Assembly (NCBI GenBank): GCA_044375195.1
Contig: JBILNB010000015.1
Location: 7,619-71,618 of the forward strand
Origin: Rubrivivax sp.
GTDB taxonomy: Bacteria > Pseudomonadota > Gammaproteobacteria > Burkholderiales > Burkholderiaceae_C
Direction of reading: 5' to 3'
DNA length: 64,000 nucleotides
The position numbers were made by a program, and so were the translations under genes. Below, one piece after another: positions 46,116 through 55,853 of the stretch. Under the pieces are notes generated by a model. That model was not told the origin of the DNA, did no database searches, and saw only the letters and a list, made by a program, of their open reading frames with translations. How positions within the stretch are numbered: the stretch's first letter is position 1; every line of letters begins with the position of its first letter.

Positions 46116-48926
46116 ATGTCCTTCTACACCTCGCTGACCGGCCTGAACGCCGCGACGACGCAGCTCAGCGTCACGAGCAACAACATCGCCAACGTCGGCA
46201 CCACGGGCTTCAAGCGTTCGCGCGCCGACTTCGGCGACATCTTCGCCACCTCCCCGCTGCAGCGTGCCTCGGCCGTGGTCGGCCAGGGCGTGTCGCTGAA
46301 GTCGGTGAGCCAGGAGTTCAGCCAGGGCAACATCCAGTTCTCGGCCAACTCGCTGGACATCGCGATCACCGGCGACGGCTTCTTCCCGCTGAAGTCGGCC
46401 GACAGCCTGCAGGACATCTACACCCGCAACGGCACCTTCCTGCTGAACGACTCGTTCGCGGTCGTCAACTCCGCCGGGCAGTCCCTGATGGCCGCGGCGG
46501 TGGACTCCAGCGGCAAGGCCGACCTGGGCAACCTGCGCAAGCTGATCGTGCCGCGCTCGACCACCGGTGACGCGCGCAAGACCACCGCCATCGAGCTTGG
46601 CCTGAACCTGCCGGCCAATGCCCAGGTCATCAGCAACGAGTCCTTCGACCGCACCGACCCGTCGACCTACAACCTGACGACCGCGATCACCGTGTTCGAC
46701 CAGGGGGGCAACGAGTACCTGGCGAACGTCTACTACGTCAAGACCCAGCGCGCCAGCCCCGACGACCAGACCAACAAGTGGCAGACCCACGTCTACATCG
46801 GCGACACCAAGCTCGACGAATTCCTGTCCCAGGCCACCGGTGACACGGGCGAGAAGCTCTTCGTCAACAAGTACGGCCAGGTCCGGCCCGAGAGCGAGAT
46901 CGAGCCGCAGCTGATCGCCCGCGGCGTGAGCAAGCTGTTCAACCTCGACGACCTGAAGAACCTGCAGGCCTCGGTGCCCGCCGAGTACGACGGCGATGCC
47001 TTCGAGGCCGCCGACCTGACCATGCTCAAGAGCGGCACCTTCAGCATCGCCGACAAGCTGGGCACCACCGACGGGCCCAAGGGCATCGCCTTCCGGGTCA
47101 ACATCGACGATTCGCCCACCGACGCGGTGGTCGACCTGTCCGACCTCTACGACGTCGACGCCGACCCGATGAGCGGCGTCGAGATGGCGCGCGTGCTCGA
47201 AGCGCGCATCAATCAGGTCTATGGCGACCGGCGCAACTTCAACCTGTCCTCGCTGGAGGACGGCGCGACCGCCAACAAGATCAATCTGTTCCGCATGCGG
47301 GTGGCCACGGCCACCGAGGGCAATGGCGAAGAGGACATTGCCGTCACGCTGGGCGCAGGCGACGACATCAAGTCCCTCAGCCCTGCGCGCCTGGAGGAGC
47401 TGATCAACGCCGCTCTGGCGCAGAAGTTCACCGACGGTGACCTGCCGATCCAGATCACGGCCGAGTACTCCGCGCCGCAGCAGACCTTCCTGTTCAAGTC
47501 CACCATGGCCTCGGAGATCGGCGTCAAGGCCTACGGCACGACCAGCGCGAACGAGATCTTCAGCCTGACGCAGAACTATTCGACGGTCAACGGCGAGACC
47601 GGCAACTACGGCGGGCAGGTGATTCCCAACGGTCAGGCGCTGCGCGACTTCAACTCCAACTACACGCTCAGCGACCAGCGCTACGGCGTGCGGGTGCGCT
47701 TCGACGACACCGTAGGCGTGTTCAGCATCCTGTCGGGCACCACCGGGGACTCGTCGTCCGTGGCCGTGGTGGCCCCCCCGAGCGGCGACGCCGCGGCCGC
47801 TGCGAAGTTCGCCAACTTCCAGAAGATCTTCAACTTCAACCCGGGCGTCGAGGACGCCGAGCAGGTGCCCACGCGCGGCGTGCAGTCCACCGCGGCCGTG
47901 GTCACCGGCACGGCCATCGGTGTGAACCTGGACAACAAGTTCCGGCTCAACAGCGAGACGAACAAGTTCACGGTCACGGTCGACAACGTCACCGGGCTGG
48001 TGGCGCTGCCGGTCGGGCAGGACTTCACGAAGGAGAGCTTCCGGGTCCTGCTGGAGCAGCGCATCAATTCGCTGCAGGACACGCTGGGCCGCACCGTCAG
48101 TGGCGTGCGCGTGGAGTTCGTGACCCAGGGCACGCAGACGGTGCTGAAGTTCACCTCCGGCACCCAGGGCGACGACTCCTTCCTGAAGATCAGCGGCCCC
48201 AGCTACTGGGGGCTGAACGACCTGGAGAGCGGGCGCGGCAAGACCGAGCGCTGGATCGCGCCGCCGCAGGCGGTCAACGACGCGGGCGTGGCCTTGTATG
48301 TCGACCGCGACGGCAACGAAACCACCGAGGCGGGTGACTTCTCGGAGACCGAGTCGCGCGACCTGTGGTCGGCCATCTACCTGGACAAGGGCGAACTGAC
48401 CTTCGACACCGGCGGCAACCTCGTCTCGCCCTCGGTGCCCATCGCCTTCAAGCCCAACACCATCGGCGAGACCGGCGCGACGCTGGAGTTCTCGATCGAC
48501 TACGAGGGCTCGACCCAGTACGCCTCGGGCTTCGCGGTGCTGGCGCAGAGCCAGAACGGCCGCCCCGAGGGCGATCTGATCGGCCTGAACATCGGCGACG
48601 ACGGCCTGGTGTCGGCCAACTACTCCAACGGCACGCAGAAGAACCTGGCCAAGATCATCCTGGCGAACTTCACCGCGCCCACGGGTCTGCGGCAGTTGGG
48701 CGACAGCAGCTACCTGTCCACGTCCCAGTCCGGCGCCGCGACCCTGGGCGAGGCCGGCACGGCCGGCTTCGGCACGGTGCGGGCCGGCGCGCGCGAGCGT
48801 GCCAACGTGGACCTGACGCAGGAACTGATCGAACTCATCACCTCGCAGCGCAACTTCCAGGCCAACGCGAAGGCGATCGAGACCAACAACACGCTGACCC
48901 AGGCCATCATCAACCTGCGTTCCTGA
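46116..48926 (+). CDS. flgE: Hook protein FlgE, enlarged (936 aa)
   Basis: SNNIANVGTTGFKRSRADF, LDIAITGDGFF, YTRNG; C-terminal ANVDLTQELIELITSQRNFQANAK; large central insert. Confidence 0.95.
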   Translation: MSFYTSLTGLNAATTQLSVTSNNIANVGTTGFKRSRADFGDIFATSPLQRASAVVGQGVSLKSVSQEFSQGNIQFSANSLDIAITGDGFFPLKSADSLQDIYTRNGTFLLNDSFAVVNSAGQSLMAAAVDSSGKADLGNLRKLIVPRSTTGDARKTTAIELGLNLPANAQVISNESFDRTDPSTYNLTTAITVFDQGGNEYLANVYYVKTQRASPDDQTNKWQTHVYIGDTKLDEFLSQATGDTGEKLFVNKYGQVRPESEIEPQLIARGVSKLFNLDDLKNLQASVPAEYDGDAFEAADLTMLKSGTFSIADKLGTTDGPKGIAFRVNIDDSPTDAVVDLSDLYDVDADPMSGVEMARVLEARINQVYGDRRNFNLSSLEDGATANKINLFRMRVATATEGNGEEDIAVTLGAGDDIKSLSPARLEELINAALAQKFTDGDLPIQITAEYSAPQQTFLFKSTMASEIGVKAYGTTSANEIFSLTQNYSTVNGETGNYGGQVIPNGQALRDFNSNYTLSDQRYGVRVRFDDTVGVFSILSGTTGDSSSVAVVAPPSGDAAAAAKFANFQKIFNFNPGVEDAEQVPTRGVQSTAAVVTGTAIGVNLDNKFRLNSETNKFTVTVDNVTGLVALPVGQDFTKESFRVLLEQRINSLQDTLGRTVSGVRVEFVTQGTQTVLKFTSGTQGDDSFLKISGPSYWGLNDLESGRGKTERWIAPPQAVNDAGVALYVDRDGNETTEAGDFSETESRDLWSAIYLDKGELTFDTGGNLVSPSVPIAFKPNTIGETGATLEFSIDYEGSTQYASGFAVLAQSQNGRPEGDLIGLNIGDDGLVSANYSNGTQKNLAKIILANFTAPTGLRQLGDSSYLSTSQSGAATLGEAGTAGFGTVRAGARERANVDLTQELIELITSQRNFQANAKAIETNNTLTQAIINLRS

Positions 48927-48966
48927 TGCGCACCGACCCGACGGCGGCTGACGCGGTGGCGAGCCC

Positions 48967-49725
48967 ATGGACAAGCTGATCTTCAATCCGCTGGCGACGC
49001 TGCGCGAGCAGGCCGTGGTGCGCCAGGCCATCGTGCACGAACTCAGCAACGTGGCCACGGTCGGCTTCAAGCGCAGCTTCGAGACGGCGCTGCGCAGCCT
49101 GAAGTTCGAGCGCGAGGGCTTCGACACGCGCTACCAGGCGCAGGCCCTGTACAGCGACCGCATCGACCTGAAGCCCGGCGCCTTGATGGCCACCGGCCGG
49201 CCGCTGGACGTGGCCATGGTCGGCAACACGGTGCTCACGGTGCAGGCCGCCGACGGGCAGCCCGCCTACACCCGCCGCGGCGACCTGCGCGTCAACCCTT
49301 CCGGCCAGGTCGAGACGGGCAGCGGCGCCCTCGTGCTCGGCGAGGCCGGGCCCTTGTCGGTGCCGGCGGGCTTCGACATCACGATCACCACCGACGGCCA
49401 GGTCTTTGCCCGGGACCCCGGGCAGGTCGGTGTGGCGGCCCCGGCCGCCGTGGGCCGCCTGCGCCTGCGCGACGCCACCGAGACGCCGCTGTCGCGGCGC
49501 GAGGACGGGCTGTTCCAGGTCGCCGGCCAGCCGCCAGGCGCCGAGCTGCCCGCCGGTGGCACGACGGTCGTCCAGCCGCGCGCCCTCGAGGGCAGCAATG
49601 TCGGCGCCGTCGACGCGATGACCCGGATGATCGACCACGCACGCAGCTTCGAGACCCAGATCCGCGTCATCAAGGAGATGAAGGAACTGGATGCAAGCGG
49701 CGCTTCGATGATGAGGCAAGGCTGA
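48967..49725 (+). CDS. flgF: Rod protein FlgF
   Basis: ELSNVATVGFK, TGRPLDVA, YTRRGDL, LEGSNV. Confidence 0.92.
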   Translation: MDKLIFNPLATLREQAVVRQAIVHELSNVATVGFKRSFETALRSLKFEREGFDTRYQAQALYSDRIDLKPGALMATGRPLDVAMVGNTVLTVQAADGQPAYTRRGDLRVNPSGQVETGSGALVLGEAGPLSVPAGFDITITTDGQVFARDPGQVGVAAPAAVGRLRLRDATETPLSRREDGLFQVAGQPPGAELPAGGTTVVQPRALEGSNVGAVDAMTRMIDHARSFETQIRVIKEMKELDASGASMMRQG

Positions 49726-49776
49726 GGCCCCGCCCAGCCGCCGCCCCCGCCCTGATACCCCAGAGGAGACCGCACC

Positions 49777-50562
49777 ATGGATGCGTCGATGTGGATTGCC
49801 AAGACCGGCCTGGACTCGCAGCAGATGCGCATGTCGGTCATCTCGAACAACCTGGCCAACGTCAACACCACGGCCTACAAGCGCGACCGCGCGACCTTCG
49901 AGGACATGCTGTACCAGGCAGTGCGCCTGCCCGGCGCGCAGACCCAGGGCGCGGCGGCTTCGCCGACCGGCCTGATGATCGGCACGGGCGTGCGCATCGT
50001 CGCCACCGAGAAGAACTACCAGCAGGGCTCGATCATCAGCACCAAGGCGCCGCTGGACATCGCGATCGCCGGCGACGGCTTCTTCCCGATCCAGCAGCCC
50101 GACGGCACGACGGCCTACACCCGCGACGGCGGCTTCAAGCGCTCGTCCACCGGGCAGCTCGTCACCGCCAGCGGTGACCTGCTGCTGCCCGCCATCACCA
50201 TTCCGGCCAATGCCACGACGCTGACGATCGGCCAGGACGGCTCGGTCGCGGTGGAGCTGCCCGCAGGAGCGGGCTCGCAGACGCTGGGGCAGTTGCAGCT
50301 GGCCCGCTTCGTCAACCCCTCGGGCCTGCAGTCCGTGGGCCAGAACCTGCTGCGCGAGACCGGTGCCAGCGGCCCGCCGCAGCTGCTCGCACCCGGCCAG
50401 GGCGGGGCGGGGCGCACCTTGCAGGGCTCGCTCGAGGCCTCGAACGTCAACGTCGTCGAGGAAATGGTCAACATGATCGAGACCCAGCGGGCCTACGAGA
50501 TCAATTCCAAGGCGGTGTCGGCGGTCGACGGCATGCTGCGCTTCCTGAACAACAACCTCTGA
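49777..50562 (+). CDS. flgG: Distal rod protein FlgG
   Basis: SNNLANVNTTAYK, YTRDGGF, LEASNVNVVEEMVNMIETQRAYEINSK. Confidence 0.97.
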   Translation: MDASMWIAKTGLDSQQMRMSVISNNLANVNTTAYKRDRATFEDMLYQAVRLPGAQTQGAAASPTGLMIGTGVRIVATEKNYQQGSIISTKAPLDIAIAGDGFFPIQQPDGTTAYTRDGGFKRSSTGQLVTASGDLLLPAITIPANATTLTIGQDGSVAVELPAGAGSQTLGQLQLARFVNPSGLQSVGQNLLRETGASGPPQLLAPGQGGAGRTLQGSLEASNVNVVEEMVNMIETQRAYEINSKAVSAVDGMLRFLNNNL

Positions 50563-50570
50563 GGCGGGCC

Positions 50571-51386
50571 ATGACGATCCAGAAGCAGTCCCGTGAACCC
50601 CGACACGTTCAAGCTGAGCGCGTTGGCGTCGATTCAACTCGTATGCGGGCTTCGATCCTCAGCCTTTCAGCCGCCGCGGGCCCGGGTGTGCTTGCGAGCG
50701 TGTGCCGTGCGGGCCGTCCTGCCGCGGTCTTGCTCATGGCCATGCTGGCCGCCGCGTGTGCCACACCTCAGCCGCCCAAGCTCGCACACACCCCCAGCTT
50801 CGAGCCTGTCCACCCCATTCCCGCCGACCCGGTGCGCCATGCAACTGGCAGCATCTACAACGGCCGGCAGAGCGACAACTGGTTCGGCCGGGGGCGCAGT
50901 TACCAGGTGGGCGACGTCATCACCGTGCTTTTGAACGAGTCGGCGCAGGCCGCGCGCCAGCAGAGCCGCAATGTCTCGCGCGAGTCCAGCAACGACGTGG
51001 TGCCCAGTGGCATCGCTGCGACGCTGGCGGGCCAGAGTGCGCGGCTGGCCGGCCTGAACCTCAACGGCGCCGCCATCTCCAGCGAAGGGCAGGGCACGGC
51101 CGGGCAGCGGGCCAGCCTGACGGGCTCGGTAGCCGCCACCGTGGTGCAGGTGTTGGCCAACGGCAACCTGGTCATCCGCGGCGAGAAGCAACTCGCGCTG
51201 GCCGAAGGTACCGAGCTGATCCAGGTCAGCGGCGTGATCCGCCCCGAGGACATCTCGGCGAACAACGTGGTCCAGTCGCGCCGTCTGGCCAACGCCCAGT
51301 TCACCTATCGAGGCACGGGTGAGCTCGACGATGCCAGCCGTACCGGCTGGGGCACGCGGCTGGCCTTGAAGTTCTGGCCCTTCTGA
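50571..51386 (+). CDS. flgH: L-ring lipoprotein FlgH
   Basis: Lipobox LAAAC, VGDVITVLLNES, LANGNLVIRGEKQ, GVIRPEDI; the true start may be 50643. Confidence 0.93.
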   Translation: MTIQKQSREPRHVQAERVGVDSTRMRASILSLSAAAGPGVLASVCRAGRPAAVLLMAMLAAACATPQPPKLAHTPSFEPVHPIPADPVRHATGSIYNGRQSDNWFGRGRSYQVGDVITVLLNESAQAARQQSRNVSRESSNDVVPSGIAATLAGQSARLAGLNLNGAAISSEGQGTAGQRASLTGSVAATVVQVLANGNLVIRGEKQLALAEGTELIQVSGVIRPEDISANNVVQSRRLANAQFTYRGTGELDDASRTGWGTRLALKFWPF

Positions 51387-51417
51387 GGCTCGTGCCAGGC
51401 AAGCGAAAAGGTTCGTG

Positions 51418-52602
51418 ATGAAGAAGCAAATGACTTGCGCGCGAAAGTCGGTGTGGCAGGCCCTCTCCCGGTGGAAGGCGAAACTGCTGCTTCTCGCGCT
51501 GGGGCTGCTCGCCGCCTCGGGTCCGTCGTGGGCCGAGCGCATCAAGGACTTGGCCAGCGTGGCCGCCGTGCGGCCCAACCAGCTCATCGGCTATGGGCTC
51601 GTGGTTGGCCTCGAGGGCAGCGGTGATGGAGCCGATGTGTCCTTCACCGCGCAGAGCATGCGAGCCATGCTCAGCCGTCTGGGCGTCAACGTCGACGGAC
51701 CTCTGTCGGACTTCGATACCGCCGGCGGTGGAGGCGGCAAGATCGACATCAAGAACGTTGCGGCCGTGATGGTGACGGCCGAGCTTCCCGGGCTGGCCAA
51801 GCCAGGGCAGCGCATCGATGTCAACGTCTCGGCGATCGGCAAGGCCTCCAGCCTGCGCGGCGGCAACTTGCTGCTGACCAGCCTGCGCGGTGTGGACGGC
51901 GAGATCTACGCGCTCGCGCAGGGGCCGCTCACCGCCACCGCCGTGGACGAAGGCGCAGCAGGCTCAAGGGTCAAGGTGGGCGTGCCCACTTCGGCGCGTA
52001 TCCCTGGTGGGGCCTTCGTGGAGCGCATCGTCGACACGCCTTTCGACAAGTCGGACCACGTGGTGCTCAATCTGCGAGAAGCCGATTTCACCACCGCGAA
52101 TGCCATCGTCCAAGCGGTCAACGGCCAGTTCGGCGCGGGGGTCGCGCGTGCCATCGACGCCGTTTCCGTGGCGATCCGCGCCCCGCAGGACCTCTCCAGC
52201 CGGGTGGCCTTCGTCAGCATGGTCGAGAACATGGACGTCAAGCCTGGCGAGCCGCCGGCGAGGGTGGTCGTCAATGCACGGACCGGCACTGTCGTCATCA
52301 GCCGCAACGTGCGGGTCAATGCCGCTGCCGTCTCGCACGGCACGATCTCCGTGGCCATCTCGGCGACCAACGAGGTGTCGCAGCCCAACCCCCTGGCTGG
52401 TGGCCAGACTGCAGCCGTTCAGAACGCCCAGGTGCAAGTGCAGGACCCGAAGAACCCGATGTTCCTCTTCCAACCCGGGGTCGACCTGCGGCAGATCGTC
52501 GATGCCGTCAACCAGGTGGGTGCCACACCTTCGGCTTTGATCGCCATCCTCGAGGCGCTGAAGAGCTCTGGCAGCCTGCGTGCCGACCTGATCGTGCTGT
52601 GA
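51418..52602 (+). CDS. flgI: P-ring protein FlgI
   Basis: ERIKDLAS, NQLIGYGLVVGLEGSGD, SLRGGNLL, VVVNARTGTVV. Confidence 0.96.
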   Translation: MKKQMTCARKSVWQALSRWKAKLLLLALGLLAASGPSWAERIKDLASVAAVRPNQLIGYGLVVGLEGSGDGADVSFTAQSMRAMLSRLGVNVDGPLSDFDTAGGGGGKIDIKNVAAVMVTAELPGLAKPGQRIDVNVSAIGKASSLRGGNLLLTSLRGVDGEIYALAQGPLTATAVDEGAAGSRVKVGVPTSARIPGGAFVERIVDTPFDKSDHVVLNLREADFTTANAIVQAVNGQFGAGVARAIDAVSVAIRAPQDLSSRVAFVSMVENMDVKPGEPPARVVVNARTGTVVISRNVRVNAAAVSHGTISVAISATNEVSQPNPLAGGQTAAVQNAQVQVQDPKNPMFLFQPGVDLRQIVDAVNQVGATPSALIAILEALKSSGSLRADLIVL

Positions 52603-52627
52603 AGACCTGCGTCCCCGCGAATCATTC

Positions 52628-53110
52628 ATGAGCGACGTCGCCGCCACCGCCCGCAGCTTCCTCGACTTCGAAGGTCTCGGTCGACTTCGCGGACAGGCCC
52701 GTGCCGACGGGGCCGATCCCGAGGCTCTGCGCGAGGCAGCGCGCCAGTTCGAGGCGCAGTTGCTGAACATGATGCTGCAGTCCATGCGCAAGGCCGTCGT
52801 GCGTGACGAGCAGAACGGCTCGGGCACGCAGGACCTGTACCAGGAGATGATGGACCGCGAGGTGGCGTTGCTGGTGGCCCGGCGTGGCGGCATCGGTTTG
52901 GCCGACAGCATGGTCAGGCAATTGGGTGGCGCCGGTCTGGCCGGCGGGTCCAGTTCCGGGGATGATCAGGCGACGCGGCTGCGCCCCGCCCTCCCGGCAG
53001 TTGTGCCGTTGGCGCCTGCTGCCGAACCCGACACGTGGCGCGTGCTACGCGACCGCGCAGCCGGTACCGGGCTGCCGCTGTCGCCTGCCGCGCGGGGTGA
53101 AGCGCGATGA
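52628..53110 (+). CDS. flgJ: Single-domain FlgJ (rod cap only, no muramidase)
   Basis: AARQFEAQLLNMMLQSMRKA, YQEMMDRE, GIGLADSMVRQL; ends at 160 aa. Confidence 0.9.
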   Translation: MSDVAATARSFLDFEGLGRLRGQARADGADPEALREAARQFEAQLLNMMLQSMRKAVVRDEQNGSGTQDLYQEMMDREVALLVARRGGIGLADSMVRQLGGAGLAGGSSSGDDQATRLRPALPAVVPLAPAAEPDTWRVLRDRAAGTGLPLSPAARGEAR

Positions 53111-55839
53111 GCGACCTGCTCGGCCTGGGCTCCACCGGCGTGCTGGCCTACCAGCGTGCGTTGACGACGGTCGGCAACAACATCGCCAATGTCGCCACCG
53201 ACGGCTACTCGCGCCAGGAGGCGCTTCTGGTGTCCATGCCGCCGCGGCCTGTGGGCACTCAGTCCATCGGCATGGGTGTGCTGGCGCAGACCGTGCGCCG
53301 CCACTACGACGAGTTCGTCGAATCCAACCTGCGCCAGAGTGCCAGCAACCTGACGAGCCAGGCTCCGCTGGTGCAGTATGCGGGCCGCGTTCTCGACCTG
53401 ATGGCAGGCCAGCAGACGGGGCTGATCGGTGCGATGGCGCGTTTCTTCGACAGCGCCCGCGACGTCTCGGTCGATCCGGCTTCGCCGATCTCTCGCGCCG
53501 CCTTCCTCGGCGAGGCTGGCACGCTGGCGACGACCGTCACGCAACTGCGGGCCCGCATCGACGACATCGACACCGAGACCCGCGGGGGCTTCGACAACGC
53601 GGTTGCGCGCGTCAACACCCTGGCCGGGCAGATCGCGCTCGTCAACCGACAACTGCAGAAGCGTACCGAACTCGACCGCCAACCGCCGGAGCTGTTGGAC
53701 CAGCGCGACCGCCTGCTGCGCGAACTCGCGGAGGTGGTGCAGGTGCGCACGGCCTTCGAACGCAATGGTGAGGTCTCCGTCAGCCTCAGCGAGAGCATGC
53801 GTACCGGCTTGGTGGTGGATCGGGGCCAGGCAGTCGAGGCCACGTCGGTTCACACTCCCGCCACCGGCAGGGTTGAGCTTCAACTCGGCCCGCGCAACCG
53901 GCGCGAGACGATTGCCGGCCTGACGGGCGGAGAGATCGGTGGCCTGCTGGCGTTCCGTGAGCAAGTGCTCGCCCCCACGCGGCAGCGCCTTGACGACATC
54001 GCCAGCGCCTTCGTCGAGGGCGTCAATGCTGTGCACCGCAGCGGCATGGACCTGCTCGGGCAGATGGGTGGCGACCTCTTCGGGGTCGAGGCCGGGCGCA
54101 GCGCCTCGGCCGGACTGCGGGTGTTGGTGAGCGACCCGAACCGCGTGGCTGCAGCTGGCCTGTTCCGTGCCGTGGTCGACCCCGACAACGTGGGCACTGC
54201 CGTCGCCACGGTGGCCTACATTTCACCTCGCCCCGAGGGCCCGGCGCAGGTGCTGGACCAGCGCTTTGCCAGCACCGGACTACCCAGCGCGGCGCAGGAC
54301 GTTGCCATCGGCCTCGGGCAGCAGGCGGTGGCGGTCGTCCCGGCCGGTCTACGTGACGCGGCGGTGTATTTCGACCCGGCCGCCGGACAGTGGCCGCAGG
54401 TGATCACGCGCGAAGGGCGCCACCTTCTGGGCAGCGCGCTGACCGTGGACCAGCAGCGCGACGTCCTCGCCCTGCCAGGCATGACGCCGGGTTCCACCTA
54501 CAGCGCCGAGCACCTGAACAAGGGAGGCACCTCGGATGCCTACCTGAACGGTGACTATTTCCTGGGTGCCCTGGCGCGCTCGGCGGTGGTGCCTTCCTAT
54601 GATCCTCTCACCGGTGAAGAGGTGGGCACCGTCGTCGCGCCGGCCCGGCTGGACGGTGGGCCCATGGCCACGAGCTGGCCTGCTGGTGGCATCCCGGCGG
54701 GCGCGCTCGTGCTCAACGGGACTGCTTTGCCTGCGCTCGCCAACCCGGTCGATGCCTCCGGGATGGCAGCCTGGATCAATGCGCACAGCGCCCAGACCGG
54801 CGTGACCGCCACTGCCACGCAGGCCGTGCGCTTGCCTGCGGGCAGCGTCTTCGCGCTCAACGCCGTGGCCAGCCAGGTGACGCTGAAGGCCGCAGGCCCC
54901 GGCTACGCCACAGCCCAGATCGTCACTCCCGCAGGCGGATGGTCGAGCGTGGACGAACTCGCGGCGGCGATCAACGCCCAGGCGGCCGCCAGCGGCGTGT
55001 GGGCCCACGTCTCGAGCCATGGAGACCTGGTGCTGACCAACCCGGACGCCGAGGCGGTAACCATCGGCGGGGACCTGCTCGCCACGCGCGGCACCTTCGG
55101 CGCGAGCTTGAGCCTGGCTGCTGCGAACTCCGACGATGACATCCGTCTCGGCTTGGGTACCGGCGGCACGCCGGACATGCTGACGCGCCTGGGCTTGCAT
55201 ACCGGGGTGCACTGGCTCGGCGAGGCACCCCAGGACCTGGTCGTGCTGCTGGCGGGCGAAGGCCGGGCGCAGGTGTCGGCGGCCTATGAGACGCAGGCGG
55301 GCTTCGACCTGCGCGACGCCCTTCGCGCTGCGCCGTTCGCCGTCGAGTTTTCTGATCCCACGCGTTACCGGGTGGTCGACTTGGCGTCGGGGTCGGTGTT
55401 GGCCGAGCGCGCCTACGATCCCGCCGACACCGCAGCCGTCATCGACTACCGCGGGCTGCAATTGCGGCTGTCCAAGCCGCCGCTGGCCGGAGACCGCTTC
55501 ACGATCGACGGCAACCGCAGCGGTGTCGGCGACAACCGCGCCATGCTGGACCTGGCCGCCCTCGGTGACGCCGATCTGCTGCCTGGCCGCCTGACGCTGC
55601 AGAACGCCTACCTGCAACACTCCAGCGGTGTAGGCAACGTGGCGCGCCAGGCCACTATCGCCGAGGAGGCCTTGACCGTGGTGTACCAGCAGTCGGTTCA
55701 ACTGCGCGAGAACGTGGCCGGCGTCAATCTCGACGAGGAGGCCGCTGACCTGATCCGCCTGCAGCAAGCCTACCAGGCCAGCGCGCGGGTGATGCAGACG
55801 GCCACGACCATGTTCGACACCCTGTTGCAGATTCGCTGA
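53107..55839 (+). CDS. flgK: Hook-filament junction FlgK, enlarged (910 aa)
   Basis: GNNIANVATDGYSRQ, LLDQRDRLL, SVAGVNLDEEAADLIRLQQAYQASA-type C-terminus; insert with IN motifs. Confidence 0.93.
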   Translation: MSDLLGLGSTGVLAYQRALTTVGNNIANVATDGYSRQEALLVSMPPRPVGTQSIGMGVLAQTVRRHYDEFVESNLRQSASNLTSQAPLVQYAGRVLDLMAGQQTGLIGAMARFFDSARDVSVDPASPISRAAFLGEAGTLATTVTQLRARIDDIDTETRGGFDNAVARVNTLAGQIALVNRQLQKRTELDRQPPELLDQRDRLLRELAEVVQVRTAFERNGEVSVSLSESMRTGLVVDRGQAVEATSVHTPATGRVELQLGPRNRRETIAGLTGGEIGGLLAFREQVLAPTRQRLDDIASAFVEGVNAVHRSGMDLLGQMGGDLFGVEAGRSASAGLRVLVSDPNRVAAAGLFRAVVDPDNVGTAVATVAYISPRPEGPAQVLDQRFASTGLPSAAQDVAIGLGQQAVAVVPAGLRDAAVYFDPAAGQWPQVITREGRHLLGSALTVDQQRDVLALPGMTPGSTYSAEHLNKGGTSDAYLNGDYFLGALARSAVVPSYDPLTGEEVGTVVAPARLDGGPMATSWPAGGIPAGALVLNGTALPALANPVDASGMAAWINAHSAQTGVTATATQAVRLPAGSVFALNAVASQVTLKAAGPGYATAQIVTPAGGWSSVDELAAAINAQAAASGVWAHVSSHGDLVLTNPDAEAVTIGGDLLATRGTFGASLSLAAANSDDDIRLGLGTGGTPDMLTRLGLHTGVHWLGEAPQDLVVLLAGEGRAQVSAAYETQAGFDLRDALRAAPFAVEFSDPTRYRVVDLASGSVLAERAYDPADTAAVIDYRGLQLRLSKPPLAGDRFTIDGNRSGVGDNRAMLDLAALGDADLLPGRLTLQNAYLQHSSGVGNVARQATIAEEALTVVYQQSVQLRENVAGVNLDEEAADLIRLQQAYQASARVMQTATTMFDTLLQIR

Positions 55840-55853
55840 GCGGCCTCGACGCC

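Noticed and set aside
46092-49127. 1011-aa antisense ORF over flgE, and similar long shadows (8630-10936, 15877-17925, 25049-26452, 5644-7104)
   Set aside because: They mirror well-supported genes on the opposite strand, lack motifs, and are expected in high-GC coding DNA.
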